Shown here: one piece after another, positions 46,974 to 56,764 of the stretch
Position numbering within the stretch: position 1 is the first letter of the stretch
Layout of the letters: every line of letters starts with the position of its first letter
Assembly (NCBI GenBank): GCA_029259115.1
Contig: JAPDJO010000002.1
Span: 1 to 64,000, forward strand
Origin: Thermoplasmatota archaeon
GTDB taxonomy: Archaea > Thermoplasmatota > E2 > DHVEG-1 > B18-G2
Length of the DNA stretch: 64,000 nucleotides
Direction: 5' to 3'
Position numbers and translations under genes: made by a program
The notes under the pieces: generated by a model
What the model was told of the DNA's origin: nothing
Databases searched by the model: none
The model's input: only the letters and a program-made list of their open reading frames with translations

Positions 46974-47558
46974 ATGATGAGAGAAGCAGGGAGTACAGGA
47001 ATTGCATCGGCTATCCTTCTGATAGCGATACTACTCATGGGCAGTAGTGCAATCTATACAACAATAAGTCAGGATAGCATATCTTCAGGTGATTTCGAAA
47101 ATAAGGTAAATGAAATACTAGATGACATAACCTCATATTTCCTAGTAAAAGAAGGCTATGCCAAAACAGACGGGAACGAAATCAAAATACTCTTACTGGT
47201 TAAACCTATCTTTGATGATCCCATCTCAATATCAAATCTCACTCTTCAGGTAATTGATGATGATTCTATTCATGTGTTGAAACTTCACGACATATATGAA
47301 ACAGGGAAAGATTTGTTTGATAGCGACCTCTGGAGCGAGATTAATCAGAGCTTTTGTATAATCCCTGTTGTTGATAGAGATGAATCCATTTCCAAAGAAA
47401 AGACGGTGAATGGAGATTTGTTTTATGTGGCCTTGTGCCTAAGAGGGATAGAAATAGGCGAAGATATTGAGATTTCTATTCTATCGGAGACAGGGTCAAT
47501 TTCTGTATTAACCATCGATATACCCTTCTCCACGTCTGATGTTTTCAAGATATACTAA
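46974..47558 (+). CDS. Divergent archaellin-like / type IV pilin-like protein
   Basis: REAG|STGIASAILLIAILLMG signal; C-terminus VNGDLFYVAL...ISILSETGS....IDIP resembles archaellin C-termini. Confidence 0.65.
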   Translation: MMREAGSTGIASAILLIAILLMGSSAIYTTISQDSISSGDFENKVNEILDDITSYFLVKEGYAKTDGNEIKILLLVKPIFDDPISISNLTLQVIDDDSIHVLKLHDIYETGKDLFDSDLWSEINQSFCIIPVVDRDESISKEKTVNGDLFYVALCLRGIEIGEDIEISILSETGSISVLTIDIPFSTSDVFKIY

Positions 47559-49093
47559 TGCCTAAAATATCTCTGTCCAGTAAATACCATTATTAGCCCA
47601 TGCTCATCCGCCGCCTTTATAACTTCTTCATCCCTTATTGATCCTCCTGGCTGAACTATGGCTTTTACTCCAGCCTCCGCAGCAAGATCGACAGCATCTC
47701 TAAATGGAAAGAACGCATCACTCGCCATTATAGAACCTTTTATCCTGTCTTTCCCTTTATGGGTAGCGATAAATGTTGCATCAACTCTAGCTGTTTGTCC
47801 TCCTCCTATAGCTACCGTATGAGTATCTTTTACAAAGACTACAGCATTTGATTTCACATGTTTTACACATTTCACTGCAAATACCATGGATCTTATATCC
47901 TCAGCCGAAGGCTTCCTCTTTGTAACGACTTTCCAATCCTTTGGATCTATTTCTTTAACGTCTCTATCCTGAATCAACATACCTCCAGTCACACTCCTAA
48001 AACAGATATCTTCGGACTTATCATCGATATCTGGTACTTCTAAGAGACGAAGCCTTTTCTTTTTACCGAGAATCTGAAGAGCCCTTTCTGTAAACTTAGG
48101 GGCAACTATAACTTCTAAGAAGTATTTGGATAGATCTTCTGCTAGCTTAGAATCAACTTCTCTATTAAATGCTACAACTCCGCCAAATGGAGAGTATGTA
48201 TCTGTTTCATAGGCTTTTATCCAAGCATCAAAAATGTTATCTGATGAGGCTATCCCGCAAGGAGTAGCATGTTTGATAATAACGGCTGTTGGTTCATCAA
48301 ACTCTTTTACACATTCTAGAGCAGCATCAGCATCTAGTATGTTGTTGTAGGATAGCTCCTTTCCCTGAAGTTTTCTAGCATTTGCTATACATCCTTCTGC
48401 TCTCTCTGGTAGGATTTTGTAGAATGCACCTTCCTGATGCGGATTCTCTCCGTATCTAGTCTTTTGTATCAATTCAAATGTTAGAGTTAAATTCTTTGGA
48501 AATTTCTCGTTAAGCAACCTTTTTCTTAGATAATTTGATATTATCGCATCATATCTTGCAACATGTTCAAAAGCCTCGACAGCTAGCTTTTTTCTGAACT
48601 CTTCATCTATCCCTATCTTAAGCTTTTCTATTAGCTCATCGTATCTGGATGGATTTACAACAATAAGTACATCCTCAAAATTCTTTGCTGCAGATCTTAT
48701 GAGCGTAGGTCCACCGATATCTATGTTCTCTATAACTTCATGCAAATCCACATTTTCCTTCTTTATGATCTCTTCAAAAGGATAGAGATTACATACCACT
48801 AGATCTATGGGTTTCATTGATAAATTCCTTAGAATGTTCAGATGTTCTTCTTTCTCTCTCTTTGCAAGGATGCCTGCATGAATCTTGGGGTGCAAAGTTT
48901 TTACCCTTCCATCTAATATCTCTGGAAAGCCGGTAAAATCTGATAATTCTGTGACATCTATTCCCTTTTCTTTCAAGAATCTATACGTTCCTCCGGTAGA
49001 TATTATGTCAAAGTTGAGTTTCTGAAGCTCCTTGGCTAAAAAATCTACCCCTCTTTTATCATAGACACTTATCAGTGCTAATCTCTTTCCCAT
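47555..49093 (-). CDS. purH: Bifunctional AICAR transformylase/IMP cyclohydrolase
   Basis: ALISVYDK, GRVKTLHP, IDIGGPT, RYGENPHQ, SYNNILD, MASDAFFPF, RYFRH. Confidence 0.96.
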   Translation of the reverse strand: MGKRLALISVYDKRGVDFLAKELQKLNFDIISTGGTYRFLKEKGIDVTELSDFTGFPEILDGRVKTLHPKIHAGILAKREKEEHLNILRNLSMKPIDLVVCNLYPFEEIIKKENVDLHEVIENIDIGGPTLIRSAAKNFEDVLIVVNPSRYDELIEKLKIGIDEEFRKKLAVEAFEHVARYDAIISNYLRKRLLNEKFPKNLTLTFELIQKTRYGENPHQEGAFYKILPERAEGCIANARKLQGKELSYNNILDADAALECVKEFDEPTAVIIKHATPCGIASSDNIFDAWIKAYETDTYSPFGGVVAFNREVDSKLAEDLSKYFLEVIVAPKFTERALQILGKKKRLRLLEVPDIDDKSEDICFRSVTGGMLIQDRDVKEIDPKDWKVVTKRKPSAEDIRSMVFAVKCVKHVKSNAVVFVKDTHTVAIGGGQTARVDATFIATHKGKDRIKGSIMASDAFFPFRDAVDLAAEAGVKAIVQPGGSIRDEEVIKAADEHGLIMVFTGQRYFRH

Positions 49094-49140
49094 GAATCTT
49101 ACCCAAAGGCAATAAGAAAAGGGGAAATAAATCTTTGGAT

Positions 49141-49896
49141 TTAATTAGAAGACTTGCTGAATTTGATAGCCTCTTCCATTTCGATTTCTCCTTTGAGAAC
49201 TTTAAGTGCTAATTCTCTGGATATAGTTATTCTACCACCGCTTAGGATCCTACTTTTTCTCTGCACTTCCTTTATTTCTCCATCGGTAAATCTTCTGTCT
49301 CCATTTCCTCTTACCGATCTACCTCTTGATTTTGCTATCCTTATAGCAGCTACCTCGTTTCTTTCCATTCTTGAGTATCCAGTTCTCTGACTCGTTTTTG
49401 TTTCATCTACTATTTCAATTCTGATATCAACATCTCTTAAACCGTCTATGATTCTATCCCTGTAAATTCTGGCATCATGGCCTATCCTTACTATCCTCTC
49501 CTTGTCTGAAAAGTCACTCAGAATTTTTCTTACTATTCCTAAAGCCTCATCTGTGGATGATGCACACCAGGTTCTTAGAACAGTTTCACCAGAGAGGAGG
49601 GCTATACCAGGGTACTCCCCTGGATCTATTCCTATCACGATCTCGTCACTATTTCCATGTAAAATTTGCATAGCCCTATCCAATGCAGAATCTATGTCTC
49701 TAAAACAGTCAGCATATACGACCTTCCTTCCGCCTATATCTTTACCCTCAGCTGAAGATGTTATAATGACACCAACCTTATGCGGTATTCTATCTATGGA
49801 GTGTAAATGAATATAATCTATGCCTCTTTCATTCATCTTATTCATTATGTCATGTGCTAGCGAGAAATCCTTTGTGTATATCCCCACTATCTTCAT
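49141..49896 (-). CDS. Putative YqgF/RuvC-like (RNase H fold) nuclease
   Basis: IGIDPG..PGIA, VRIG, IEIVDETKTS and NEVAAIRIA align with YqgF-type motifs. ATGA overlap with the cca stop codon. Confidence 0.55.
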   Translation of the reverse strand: MKIVGIYTKDFSLAHDIMNKMNERGIDYIHLHSIDRIPHKVGVIITSSAEGKDIGGRKVVYADCFRDIDSALDRAMQILHGNSDEIVIGIDPGEYPGIALLSGETVLRTWCASSTDEALGIVRKILSDFSDKERIVRIGHDARIYRDRIIDGLRDVDIRIEIVDETKTSQRTGYSRMERNEVAAIRIAKSRGRSVRGNGDRRFTDGEIKEVQRKSRILSGGRITISRELALKVLKGEIEMEEAIKFSKSSN

Positions 49897-51980
49897 CTTT
49901 CCCACGGCATCTTGTTTTCTATATACTCTGTCCAGAATAATTTCAAATCATCCCTTAATAAATCTTTCGATGTAAGGATGCTAAATTTACCATCTTTTAC
50001 AACTTCCTCTATATCTTTTCCGAGGCTTAATTTTCTCAGATTTTTAGCGAGAAAATCATCCAATCTATTATATTTCCTTTTTACCTCTACATACCACCTT
50101 CCATCTTTGAGATAAGGTCCTTTAACTACTTCTTTGCTGTTTCTCCATTTTTCCAAGAAAGCTTCAACATGCCTTTTTTCTTTTTCTGGAGGTCCCCTAT
50201 GTATGTATGTTTCTGGTAGTTCTATCTCTTTTGGCTTGAGAAGAATGTATATCTTGTCTTCAGTGACCACAAACCTTCCATCCTCTATCTCGAAATCATT
50301 TTCTTCACACGATTTAACTATCCTTCTCAAAGTCTTCTTTGCCTGTGGGTACAGATTATCTGGAATTATATCCGGCTTTTCTATTTCTACCCCGATAAAA
50401 CCATCTAGATGTTTTTTTATTTCCTCATCAGGTAGAGGTTTTATGGTTTGAGGGAAAAAGAATCTCTCGCTCGGCTTTTCCAGATATTCTTTGCATGCTC
50501 TTTTGAATATCTCTAGTTTCTCCTCGGATACGGCTGATGCAACATTTCTGTTTGGATCTACCGGATCTATAAAAACTAAAGGATCATTAAAAGCTGGCGA
50601 AGGAACTTCCTTGAGTTTTATCACCTCCCCCTTTTTCCAGTCTTTTGCATTCCTAAGAACATTTTCAAAGGATCCATATTTTAGTATCAGGAGTTCACAT
50701 AGATAACCCGAAAAACCTTCTACCTCTGCCTCTGCACCATAACAACCTATACCTTTTAGAAATCTTTTTAACAATCTTACATCCTTTCTTTTTCTGAAAG
50801 GTAGATTTTCTCTTATGAAATCTGTATGAAAGGGAGTTCTATCAACCGCAGATATCTTTTCAGATGCTTTTTTCACTCTATAGCAAGGAACAATCTCGAC
50901 ATCATATCCCTTGTACTTTCCCCTTATATAGGGATGCTCCGCATATCTTTCTTCATGCTTTTCCAGTATTTTTCTGCCTATCAAAAGTCCCTTTCTTTCC
51001 ATTTCCTTTCTCGGTGTGTTTGGAGGGAACAGTAAAAATATGTCTATATCTACGGAATCTCTAAGATAAGTATCTTTAGCAACTGATCCAACCAATTTTG
51101 GTACAGCTTTTATGTTCTCTTTCTTGATTTCCTTTTCTATTTTGTCTAAGAGCTCTAAAACTATCCTGTTCAGTTTCCTTCTCTCAGCAAAACTCGGTGT
51201 AATCTTTCTCAAAACCTCTTTTTCTATGCTGTTCTCGTAATTCACTACTCCGCAAGCTATCAAAAATATAGATATCCCTCCAATAACATCTGTTATCCAG
51301 TGTATGGATAGATATAGCACTGAGAATATCACACCTAGAGCAGATATCAAAGTGATGTAGAAATATCTTCTATCTCTCATAAAACTCGATGACTTTACTA
51401 GGAGAAGTGCCATTGCAACATGTAAGGATGGAAAACAGTTATTTTTCGTTGTTACTGCATAAAAGAACTTCTCAATCCCTGGTATGATCTTACCCAAATG
51501 GAAATCTATGCCTAAATATGTGTACACATTTGTTACAGGTAGAAATAGATAAAAGGGCAGGGCGCAGAGATAGATTATAACCAAACCATATGATAAACTC
51601 CTCATGGCTTTTTCCTCGTTGCCAATCAAGAATAGGAGTGGAGAAAACCATAGGGTAAATGGGTAGAGGATCATATAGAAGAATACTGAGATAATGGAGA
51701 TCAAGTTAGAAGTATTTTGAGATAGATATTCGAAAAAACCTTTCTCATAAGAATAGAAGACCGGAGCAAAATCTTTCCCTATTAGATTGGTGGTAAATCT
51801 ATCTATGAAGTTCACTTCAAACAAGTGGAAAAGTACAACCAGAATTAATATAATCAGATGTAATCTGAGATTGAAAAATCCTTCCATGTAATTTTTCTTA
51901 TCTCTCGGAAAGAAGATTGTAAGGAATATGAGAAAAAGGACAAGATTTGCTGTACCCATGTAGAGAATCCAAGATTCCAT
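49893..51980 (-). CDS. cca: Fusion: PAP2/IPC-synthase-like membrane domain plus archaeal class I CCA-adding enzyme
   Basis: Residues 1-247 have about 6 TM helices with NCFPSLH and SVLYLSIHWITD. The remainder has LVGSVAKDTYL..DIDIF, RYAEHPY, DIVP-like EIVPC, SAVDRTPFH, GFSGYLCELL, DPVDPNRNVA. Confidence 0.9.
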   Translation of the reverse strand: MESWILYMGTANLVLFLIFLTIFFPRDKKNYMEGFFNLRLHLIILILVVLFHLFEVNFIDRFTTNLIGKDFAPVFYSYEKGFFEYLSQNTSNLISIISVFFYMILYPFTLWFSPLLFLIGNEEKAMRSLSYGLVIIYLCALPFYLFLPVTNVYTYLGIDFHLGKIIPGIEKFFYAVTTKNNCFPSLHVAMALLLVKSSSFMRDRRYFYITLISALGVIFSVLYLSIHWITDVIGGISIFLIACGVVNYENSIEKEVLRKITPSFAERRKLNRIVLELLDKIEKEIKKENIKAVPKLVGSVAKDTYLRDSVDIDIFLLFPPNTPRKEMERKGLLIGRKILEKHEERYAEHPYIRGKYKGYDVEIVPCYRVKKASEKISAVDRTPFHTDFIRENLPFRKRKDVRLLKRFLKGIGCYGAEAEVEGFSGYLCELLILKYGSFENVLRNAKDWKKGEVIKLKEVPSPAFNDPLVFIDPVDPNRNVASAVSEEKLEIFKRACKEYLEKPSERFFFPQTIKPLPDEEIKKHLDGFIGVEIEKPDIIPDNLYPQAKKTLRRIVKSCEENDFEIEDGRFVVTEDKIYILLKPKEIELPETYIHRGPPEKEKRHVEAFLEKWRNSKEVVKGPYLKDGRWYVEVKRKYNRLDDFLAKNLRKLSLGKDIEEVVKDGKFSILTSKDLLRDDLKLFWTEYIENKMPWER

Positions 51981-52540
51981 TATTTCTCCTCCAATTTTAC
52001 CTCCCTGATAGTGGAATATATGGGTCCTTTTTCAGTAAGAACACTCTTTTTCAATTTTATCGATTCAACAATCTGCTCTCCAAAATACTCTGTTGAGTAC
52101 TCTCCTAGGAGGGATGTAAGTTTGTTCTTGTCTCCCACACTTTTTACTCTTGCTATCGTGAGATGGGGAGAGAAATCTCTTTTTTCTTTACTATAACCTA
52201 ATTTTTCTAGTCCCTCCTCTAGTCTTCTAAATATCACTTCCATTTCTCTTCCTTCGGTTCCTATCCATATCACATTTATCCTCCTCAGATTAGGAAAGGC
52301 GCCGACGCCCTGTAGCTTTATTTTGAAAGGCTTTACATCTTTTACTGCATCTCGCATGTATCTCTCTATCTCATCTATGATTTCTTCTTCAGTTTCTCCT
52401 AGAAACTTCAAGGTTACATGAAGATTTTCAAGCTCAACCATTTTTAGCTTAGCATTTATTTTCTTCAAATTCTCCGAGAACTCCTTTATCCTCTCTGTAG
52501 GATCTATATCTATAGCTATGAATCCCCTGAAGGTTGGCAT
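51980..52540 (-). CDS. thpR: RNA 2',3'-cyclic phosphodiesterase (2H family, LigT)
   Basis: RGFIAID, two HxT motifs (LHVTLKFLG, PHLTIARV), SVLTEKGPIY. Confidence 0.92.
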   Translation of the reverse strand: MPTFRGFIAIDIDPTERIKEFSENLKKINAKLKMVELENLHVTLKFLGETEEEIIDEIERYMRDAVKDVKPFKIKLQGVGAFPNLRRINVIWIGTEGREMEVIFRRLEEGLEKLGYSKEKRDFSPHLTIARVKSVGDKNKLTSLLGEYSTEYFGEQIVESIKLKKSVLTEKGPIYSTIREVKLEEK

Positions 52541-52627
52541 TCGGATTTAGAAATAAGTAGAGATTTATATTATTTGGCAACAATCAGGCAAGAAGAGAAA
52601 ATTTTATATAATCCATAATCTATATAC

Positions 52628-52645
52628 TTCCCACAAAATTCCCAC
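52628..52645 (+). promoter_or_regulatory. TTCCCAC direct repeat (11-bp period), candidate operator
   Basis: TTCCCAC-AAAA-TTCCCAC lies between the TATA-like TTTTATATA and the ATG of the AbrB-ACT gene. Confidence 0.45.
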
Positions 52646-52655
52646 CCGTAATGGT

Positions 52656-53078
52656 ATGGACACGATAGTACAGGTTGACGCAAAGGGAAGGATTCTAATA
52701 CCAAGTGAATTCAGAGAAGTTCTCGATATAAAAGGAGGAGATGAGATCTTGCTCACGCTCGACGCTAAAACAAAAACGCTGATCGTGAGCCCTATTTACA
52801 GCAAAGAAGGCAGATTCGTGAAAATTGAAATAGAATTTGATGATACAATCGGAGCTCTAGCAAAAATAGCGGATTATATTGCCAGAAAAAGGATAGATCT
52901 TGTCATGACGGAATCAAAAAGTTTTCAGAGATGGAAAAGAGCCAGATGGATTATCATAGCTGATATCTCCAGAAGTAATTCTAACATTAAGGAGTTACAG
53001 GAGGGTCTTCTTGGTATGGATTTTGTGAAAAATGTCAGTATAGAAGAGATAGAGAGGGATTTAGTTCATCGTGGCTAG
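52656..53078 (+). CDS. AbrB/MazE/SpoVT-type DNA-binding domain plus ACT domain regulator
   Basis: VQVDAKGRILIPSEFRE..DIKGGD, then ACT motif DTIGALAKIADYIA..IDL. Confidence 0.85.
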   Translation: MDTIVQVDAKGRILIPSEFREVLDIKGGDEILLTLDAKTKTLIVSPIYSKEGRFVKIEIEFDDTIGALAKIADYIARKRIDLVMTESKSFQRWKRARWIIIADISRSNSNIKELQEGLLGMDFVKNVSIEEIERDLVHRG

Positions 53079-53138
53079 ATCTATTTCAATCTCCTCTAAA
53101 TTTTTCCCAAGAAAATTAGGCTTAGAGGAGGTGATAGA

Positions 53139-53912
53139 ATGAGGAAGATATCTGCAGTTTTGGTTGTTGGTATGTTGGGGCTAGTGACAGTTTCAGGGAT
53201 TGTAGCCTGTGCCAAAGAAAACATACCTAAGGAAAATGAGGCCCAACCCAGAGATATCAAACCACCTATACTCGAGATCTGTATGAGAAAATACTACAAC
53301 ATCAATTCCCCAGCTATATTGACTAGGATCGTGCTGAGAAATCCAAATCCATTCACTATATGGGTCAGCCAGATGGATCCTAGGAAAAACTCTCTTGATA
53401 TCAGAATAACTTTACCAAATGGAACCGTAATATACTGTTTGGCAGAAAGTACGCACATGATTCCAATACCAGTACCTATTCTACCATACTCAACATACTT
53501 CCTAGTCATAAACCTTAAGGCTCCAGTATTCGGATGGTGGGTTGATCAGCCTGGTGGAAAGGAATGGATTTATGACTGGTCACTCAAGGGAAAATACACT
53601 ATTTGGGTGTGGTATCGGTCCTTTGGCACCTCTGAATTCGAAACAGGCTGGAGAGGAGAACTGGAAGCAGAAAGAGAATTCTTCATCTGGGGAAACAAAA
53701 CAGAGAAGGAGGAATCTTTCCAAGAAAAAGAAGGAAAGACGAACAAGATAGAGAAATCTCCTGAAACAACCAAACAGTCTTTGTCTACCTTCACCAAGGT
53801 TCTCCAGAAACTTTTCCGGTCTACAAATAGGAACAGGTTTGCTTTCCCACCTACAGCGAAGTTATTTTCAAGAATCCTTGGATATCAACTAAAGAAACTC
53901 CTCTATTCCTAG
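53139..53912 (+). CDS. Secreted hypothetical protein (Ig-like)
   Basis: N-terminal signal, beta-rich core, charged linker and amphipathic C-terminal tail; GGAGGTGA SD. Confidence 0.65.
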   Translation: MRKISAVLVVGMLGLVTVSGIVACAKENIPKENEAQPRDIKPPILEICMRKYYNINSPAILTRIVLRNPNPFTIWVSQMDPRKNSLDIRITLPNGTVIYCLAESTHMIPIPVPILPYSTYFLVINLKAPVFGWWVDQPGGKEWIYDWSLKGKYTIWVWYRSFGTSEFETGWRGELEAEREFFIWGNKTEKEESFQEKEGKTNKIEKSPETTKQSLSTFTKVLQKLFRSTNRNRFAFPPTAKLFSRILGYQLKKLLYS

Positions 53913-55721
53913 AGCTTCGAGCTTCTCTCTTGGGATCTCTCCTTCCTTGGTCCATCCCCTAGCTTTAAAGTAATCATCCAGCATCTCTTTTTCTTCTTCC
54001 TCAGATATATAGCTACCTTTTGATGCTCCTTCTGGTATTGGTATTCTTATCTTGGGAGGAAGTTTAACTTGCTCTCTCTTCCAACCGCATTTCAAGTTGA
54101 AGAGATGTTTAAGGTTGCATATCCTTTCCCCTATTTCTAGGAATTTCTCTTCATTATAATCCAATCCAGCAGTAGCTTTGAGAATCTCTCTAAATCCTTC
54201 CAAGAGGAAGAAACCTCTCGAGAACTTGCAAACTCCCAAAGCATCGTATATAGCCATAAAGTTCTCCATGTCAGCGATCTCTCTACCCTTGTTCTTTGCA
54301 CTCAGTCTATCTACACCTTCGTATTTCCAGAATTTGCCCAAGAGCTCCAATGCATATGCTCCAGATCTAAGATGGCATGCCCCTCTTGGGGATGTTAGAA
54401 ATGCTAAACCCATTCCTTTTATTCCTCTCACATCATAGGCTGGTGGCTCCATACCGCGGACATGTACAGCATATTTATCTGCGCCTTTTCCTATCTTCTC
54501 TGCAGCTCTTTTTACTCCTTCAGCGAGAATATTTCCGAGACCTTCTCTTTTTGCAATCTTTTCAACCATATCTACAACAGCCTCAGAGTTACCGAATCTA
54601 AGGTCAATACCCTCAGTGTCATCTTTGGTGAGAATCCCATTTTCATACAGGTCCATCGCAAAACCTATGCATCCTCCCGCAGAGATAGTATCGATACCGT
54701 AGAGATCGCACAGTTCATTTGCCTTCGCTACAGATTCTATATCTGGATTTCCACAGTTCCCTCCCAAGGAAAAGAGGGTTTCGTACTCGACTCCATCGAG
54801 TTTTGTTCCCTTATACTTCCCCTCCTTAATCACGAACATTTTACCACATGGCTTCACGCACTGAATGCATGCTTTGTTCTTTATAGAATATCTGGGCGCC
54901 CAGTAATATGGGTCTATCTTCTGTCTCTGGTCAAAGACTCCCTCTCTCCAGTTCCTCGTTGGAAATGTTCCCCTTTCTTTATTCATCCATTCTAAAAACT
55001 CTCCAGATCCATAGAGACCATCATCTTTGAATGCTTGACTATTTACCATCTTCTCATACCATTCAAAAGTTAATTCCAGAACCTTACTCGGATCCTTCAA
55101 ATTTACATCTTTACTTCCTCTCACAGCTATGGCCTTGAGTTTTTTTGATCCCATCACAGCTCCAAGACCACCTCTACCTGCCTGTCTGTCATCTGAGGAT
55201 ATTATTGCGTATCTAACAAGATTCTCTCCTCCAATCCCTATACATGCAACAGAACAATTTTTTTCTTCTTTCTTTATCTCTTCTTCAGTCTCTCTCGTTG
55301 TTTTTCCCCATAGATGCTGTGCATCCCTTATCTCAACGTTATCATCATCTATGAAAAGATAGCATGGTTTCTCACTTTTGCCCTTAATGATTAAGACATC
55401 ATAACCAGCTTGTTTTAGAGCTAATCCTATACTCCCGCCGCATGCGCCTTCGCCCCATCCATCTGTTAAAGGGGATTTTGCAAAGAACTCCGATTTGCCT
55501 GCGGTTGGTATGGGGGTACCAACAAGTAACCCAGGAGCAAGGATGAGGGCATTATCTCCGCTAAGTGGATCAGTATCTCCGCTTACAAACTTATTCATAT
55601 AGTAGGAACCAAAGCCATCTCCACCGAGATATTTCTTGTAGAGATCTTCTTTAATTTCTTCTTTTTTGATTTCACCTTTTGAAAGATCCACATAAAGCAA
55701 TCTTCCAGACCAGCACACCAT
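53889..55721 (-). CDS. aor: Tungsten-dependent aldehyde:ferredoxin oxidoreductase family
   Basis: GRLLYVDLS, KSPLT, AGRGGLGAVMGSKKLKAI, CIQCVKPC, EYET, DLYGIDTIS, PRGACH. Start taken at ATG 55721. Confidence 0.93.
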   Translation of the reverse strand: MVCWSGRLLYVDLSKGEIKKEEIKEDLYKKYLGGDGFGSYYMNKFVSGDTDPLSGDNALILAPGLLVGTPIPTAGKSEFFAKSPLTDGWGEGACGGSIGLALKQAGYDVLIIKGKSEKPCYLFIDDDNVEIRDAQHLWGKTTRETEEEIKKEEKNCSVACIGIGGENLVRYAIISSDDRQAGRGGLGAVMGSKKLKAIAVRGSKDVNLKDPSKVLELTFEWYEKMVNSQAFKDDGLYGSGEFLEWMNKERGTFPTRNWREGVFDQRQKIDPYYWAPRYSIKNKACIQCVKPCGKMFVIKEGKYKGTKLDGVEYETLFSLGGNCGNPDIESVAKANELCDLYGIDTISAGGCIGFAMDLYENGILTKDDTEGIDLRFGNSEAVVDMVEKIAKREGLGNILAEGVKRAAEKIGKGADKYAVHVRGMEPPAYDVRGIKGMGLAFLTSPRGACHLRSGAYALELLGKFWKYEGVDRLSAKNKGREIADMENFMAIYDALGVCKFSRGFFLLEGFREILKATAGLDYNEEKFLEIGERICNLKHLFNLKCGWKREQVKLPPKIRIPIPEGASKGSYISEEEEKEMLDDYFKARGWTKEGEIPREKLEALGIEEFL

Positions 55722-55722
55722 G

Positions 55723-56118
55723 TTATGCACCCCCTATCTCGAGAGCTCCTTGGGAGCATACTTTAACACATCTAGGCTCTCCTTGACAGAGATCACATTT
55801 GTAGGCTTTTTTCTCAAAGATCCAGACAGCATTAATTGGACAAGCTCTTTCGCATGCTCCACATCCAACACACTTATCATAGTCAACATAGACTATGCCA
55901 TCTTTCTTCTTCATTGCATCGAACTTACAGGCATCTATGCACTCGAAATTACAATCTTTGCCATGGGTGCATACATGAGGAATATCATCTGTCAATCCCT
56001 TTTTCTCTATCCTTATCCCACTCCTGTTTGGGTTTGAGACATTGAAATGATACGTTGAGCAAACAAATTCACACTCTCTACAACCAGAACATTTATCCGC
56101 ATTAACCTTCACATACAT
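55723..56118 (-). CDS. 4Fe-4S dicluster protein (AOR small subunit type)
   Basis: CSGCRECEFVC, CVGCGACERACP, KCDLCQGEPRCVKVC. Confidence 0.9.
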   Translation of the reverse strand: MYVKVNADKCSGCRECEFVCSTYHFNVSNPNRSGIRIEKKGLTDDIPHVCTHGKDCNFECIDACKFDAMKKKDGIVYVDYDKCVGCGACERACPINAVWIFEKKAYKCDLCQGEPRCVKVCSQGALEIGGA

Positions 56119-56122
56119 TGGA

Positions 56123-56764
56123 TCACCCCACCAGTAAGGAGTTTGCAATTGTTAGTATCCAGCATACTACAGCTAGGCTTATGGTTACAGGGTAATAAAA
56201 TCTTGATTTCAGTTTACTTATGTCATAGCTTCTCACGCGATCTATGGCTAGAATCGAAAATATCCCTAGTATTCCTGCAGGCAATCCTCTTGCCAATATT
56301 TGTGGAAGGAAGGCAACTAGATCGTTGGGATTGAAAGCTACCGAGGATACGATAGGAGTCAACACCTGTGTTACAATAAATCCACCGACATAGCACAGAT
56401 ACGAGGTTATCATTCCCATACTAGCTATTGTTGCAGGTCTTCTAAACTCTTTCAAATCAAATAGCTTGTACCATATAGCTTCAAATATTATACCTTCAGA
56501 TACTATCGATATAGCTGAGCATATCAAACAACCTGTGAAAGGATTGGTCAATCTCAAGAGTCCAGCAATCATGGCCATACCAAGTTGCATACCCCTTTTT
56601 CTGAAGATAATCCGTGTATAGCTCATCATGGCTACTGCAACCAATCCGGTCATTATGGCGCCTGCCGGAAGGTTTTGATCCCTAAGAAAATCTCCAAGTA
56701 TACACTCTAGCATCCCCCACAGAGAACCAAATAACAAAATTCCAGCCAACTCTCTTCTGTTCAT
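56123..56764 (-). CDS. Membrane protein, ECF S-component-like
   Basis: About 200 aa with 5-6 TM helices; GSLWGMLE..LG and EG..FE patterns; size and topology of S-components. Confidence 0.5.
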   Translation of the reverse strand: MNRRELAGILLFGSLWGMLECILGDFLRDQNLPAGAIMTGLVAVAMMSYTRIIFRKRGMQLGMAMIAGLLRLTNPFTGCLICSAISIVSEGIIFEAIWYKLFDLKEFRRPATIASMGMITSYLCYVGGFIVTQVLTPIVSSVAFNPNDLVAFLPQILARGLPAGILGIFSILAIDRVRSYDISKLKSRFYYPVTISLAVVCWILTIANSLLVG

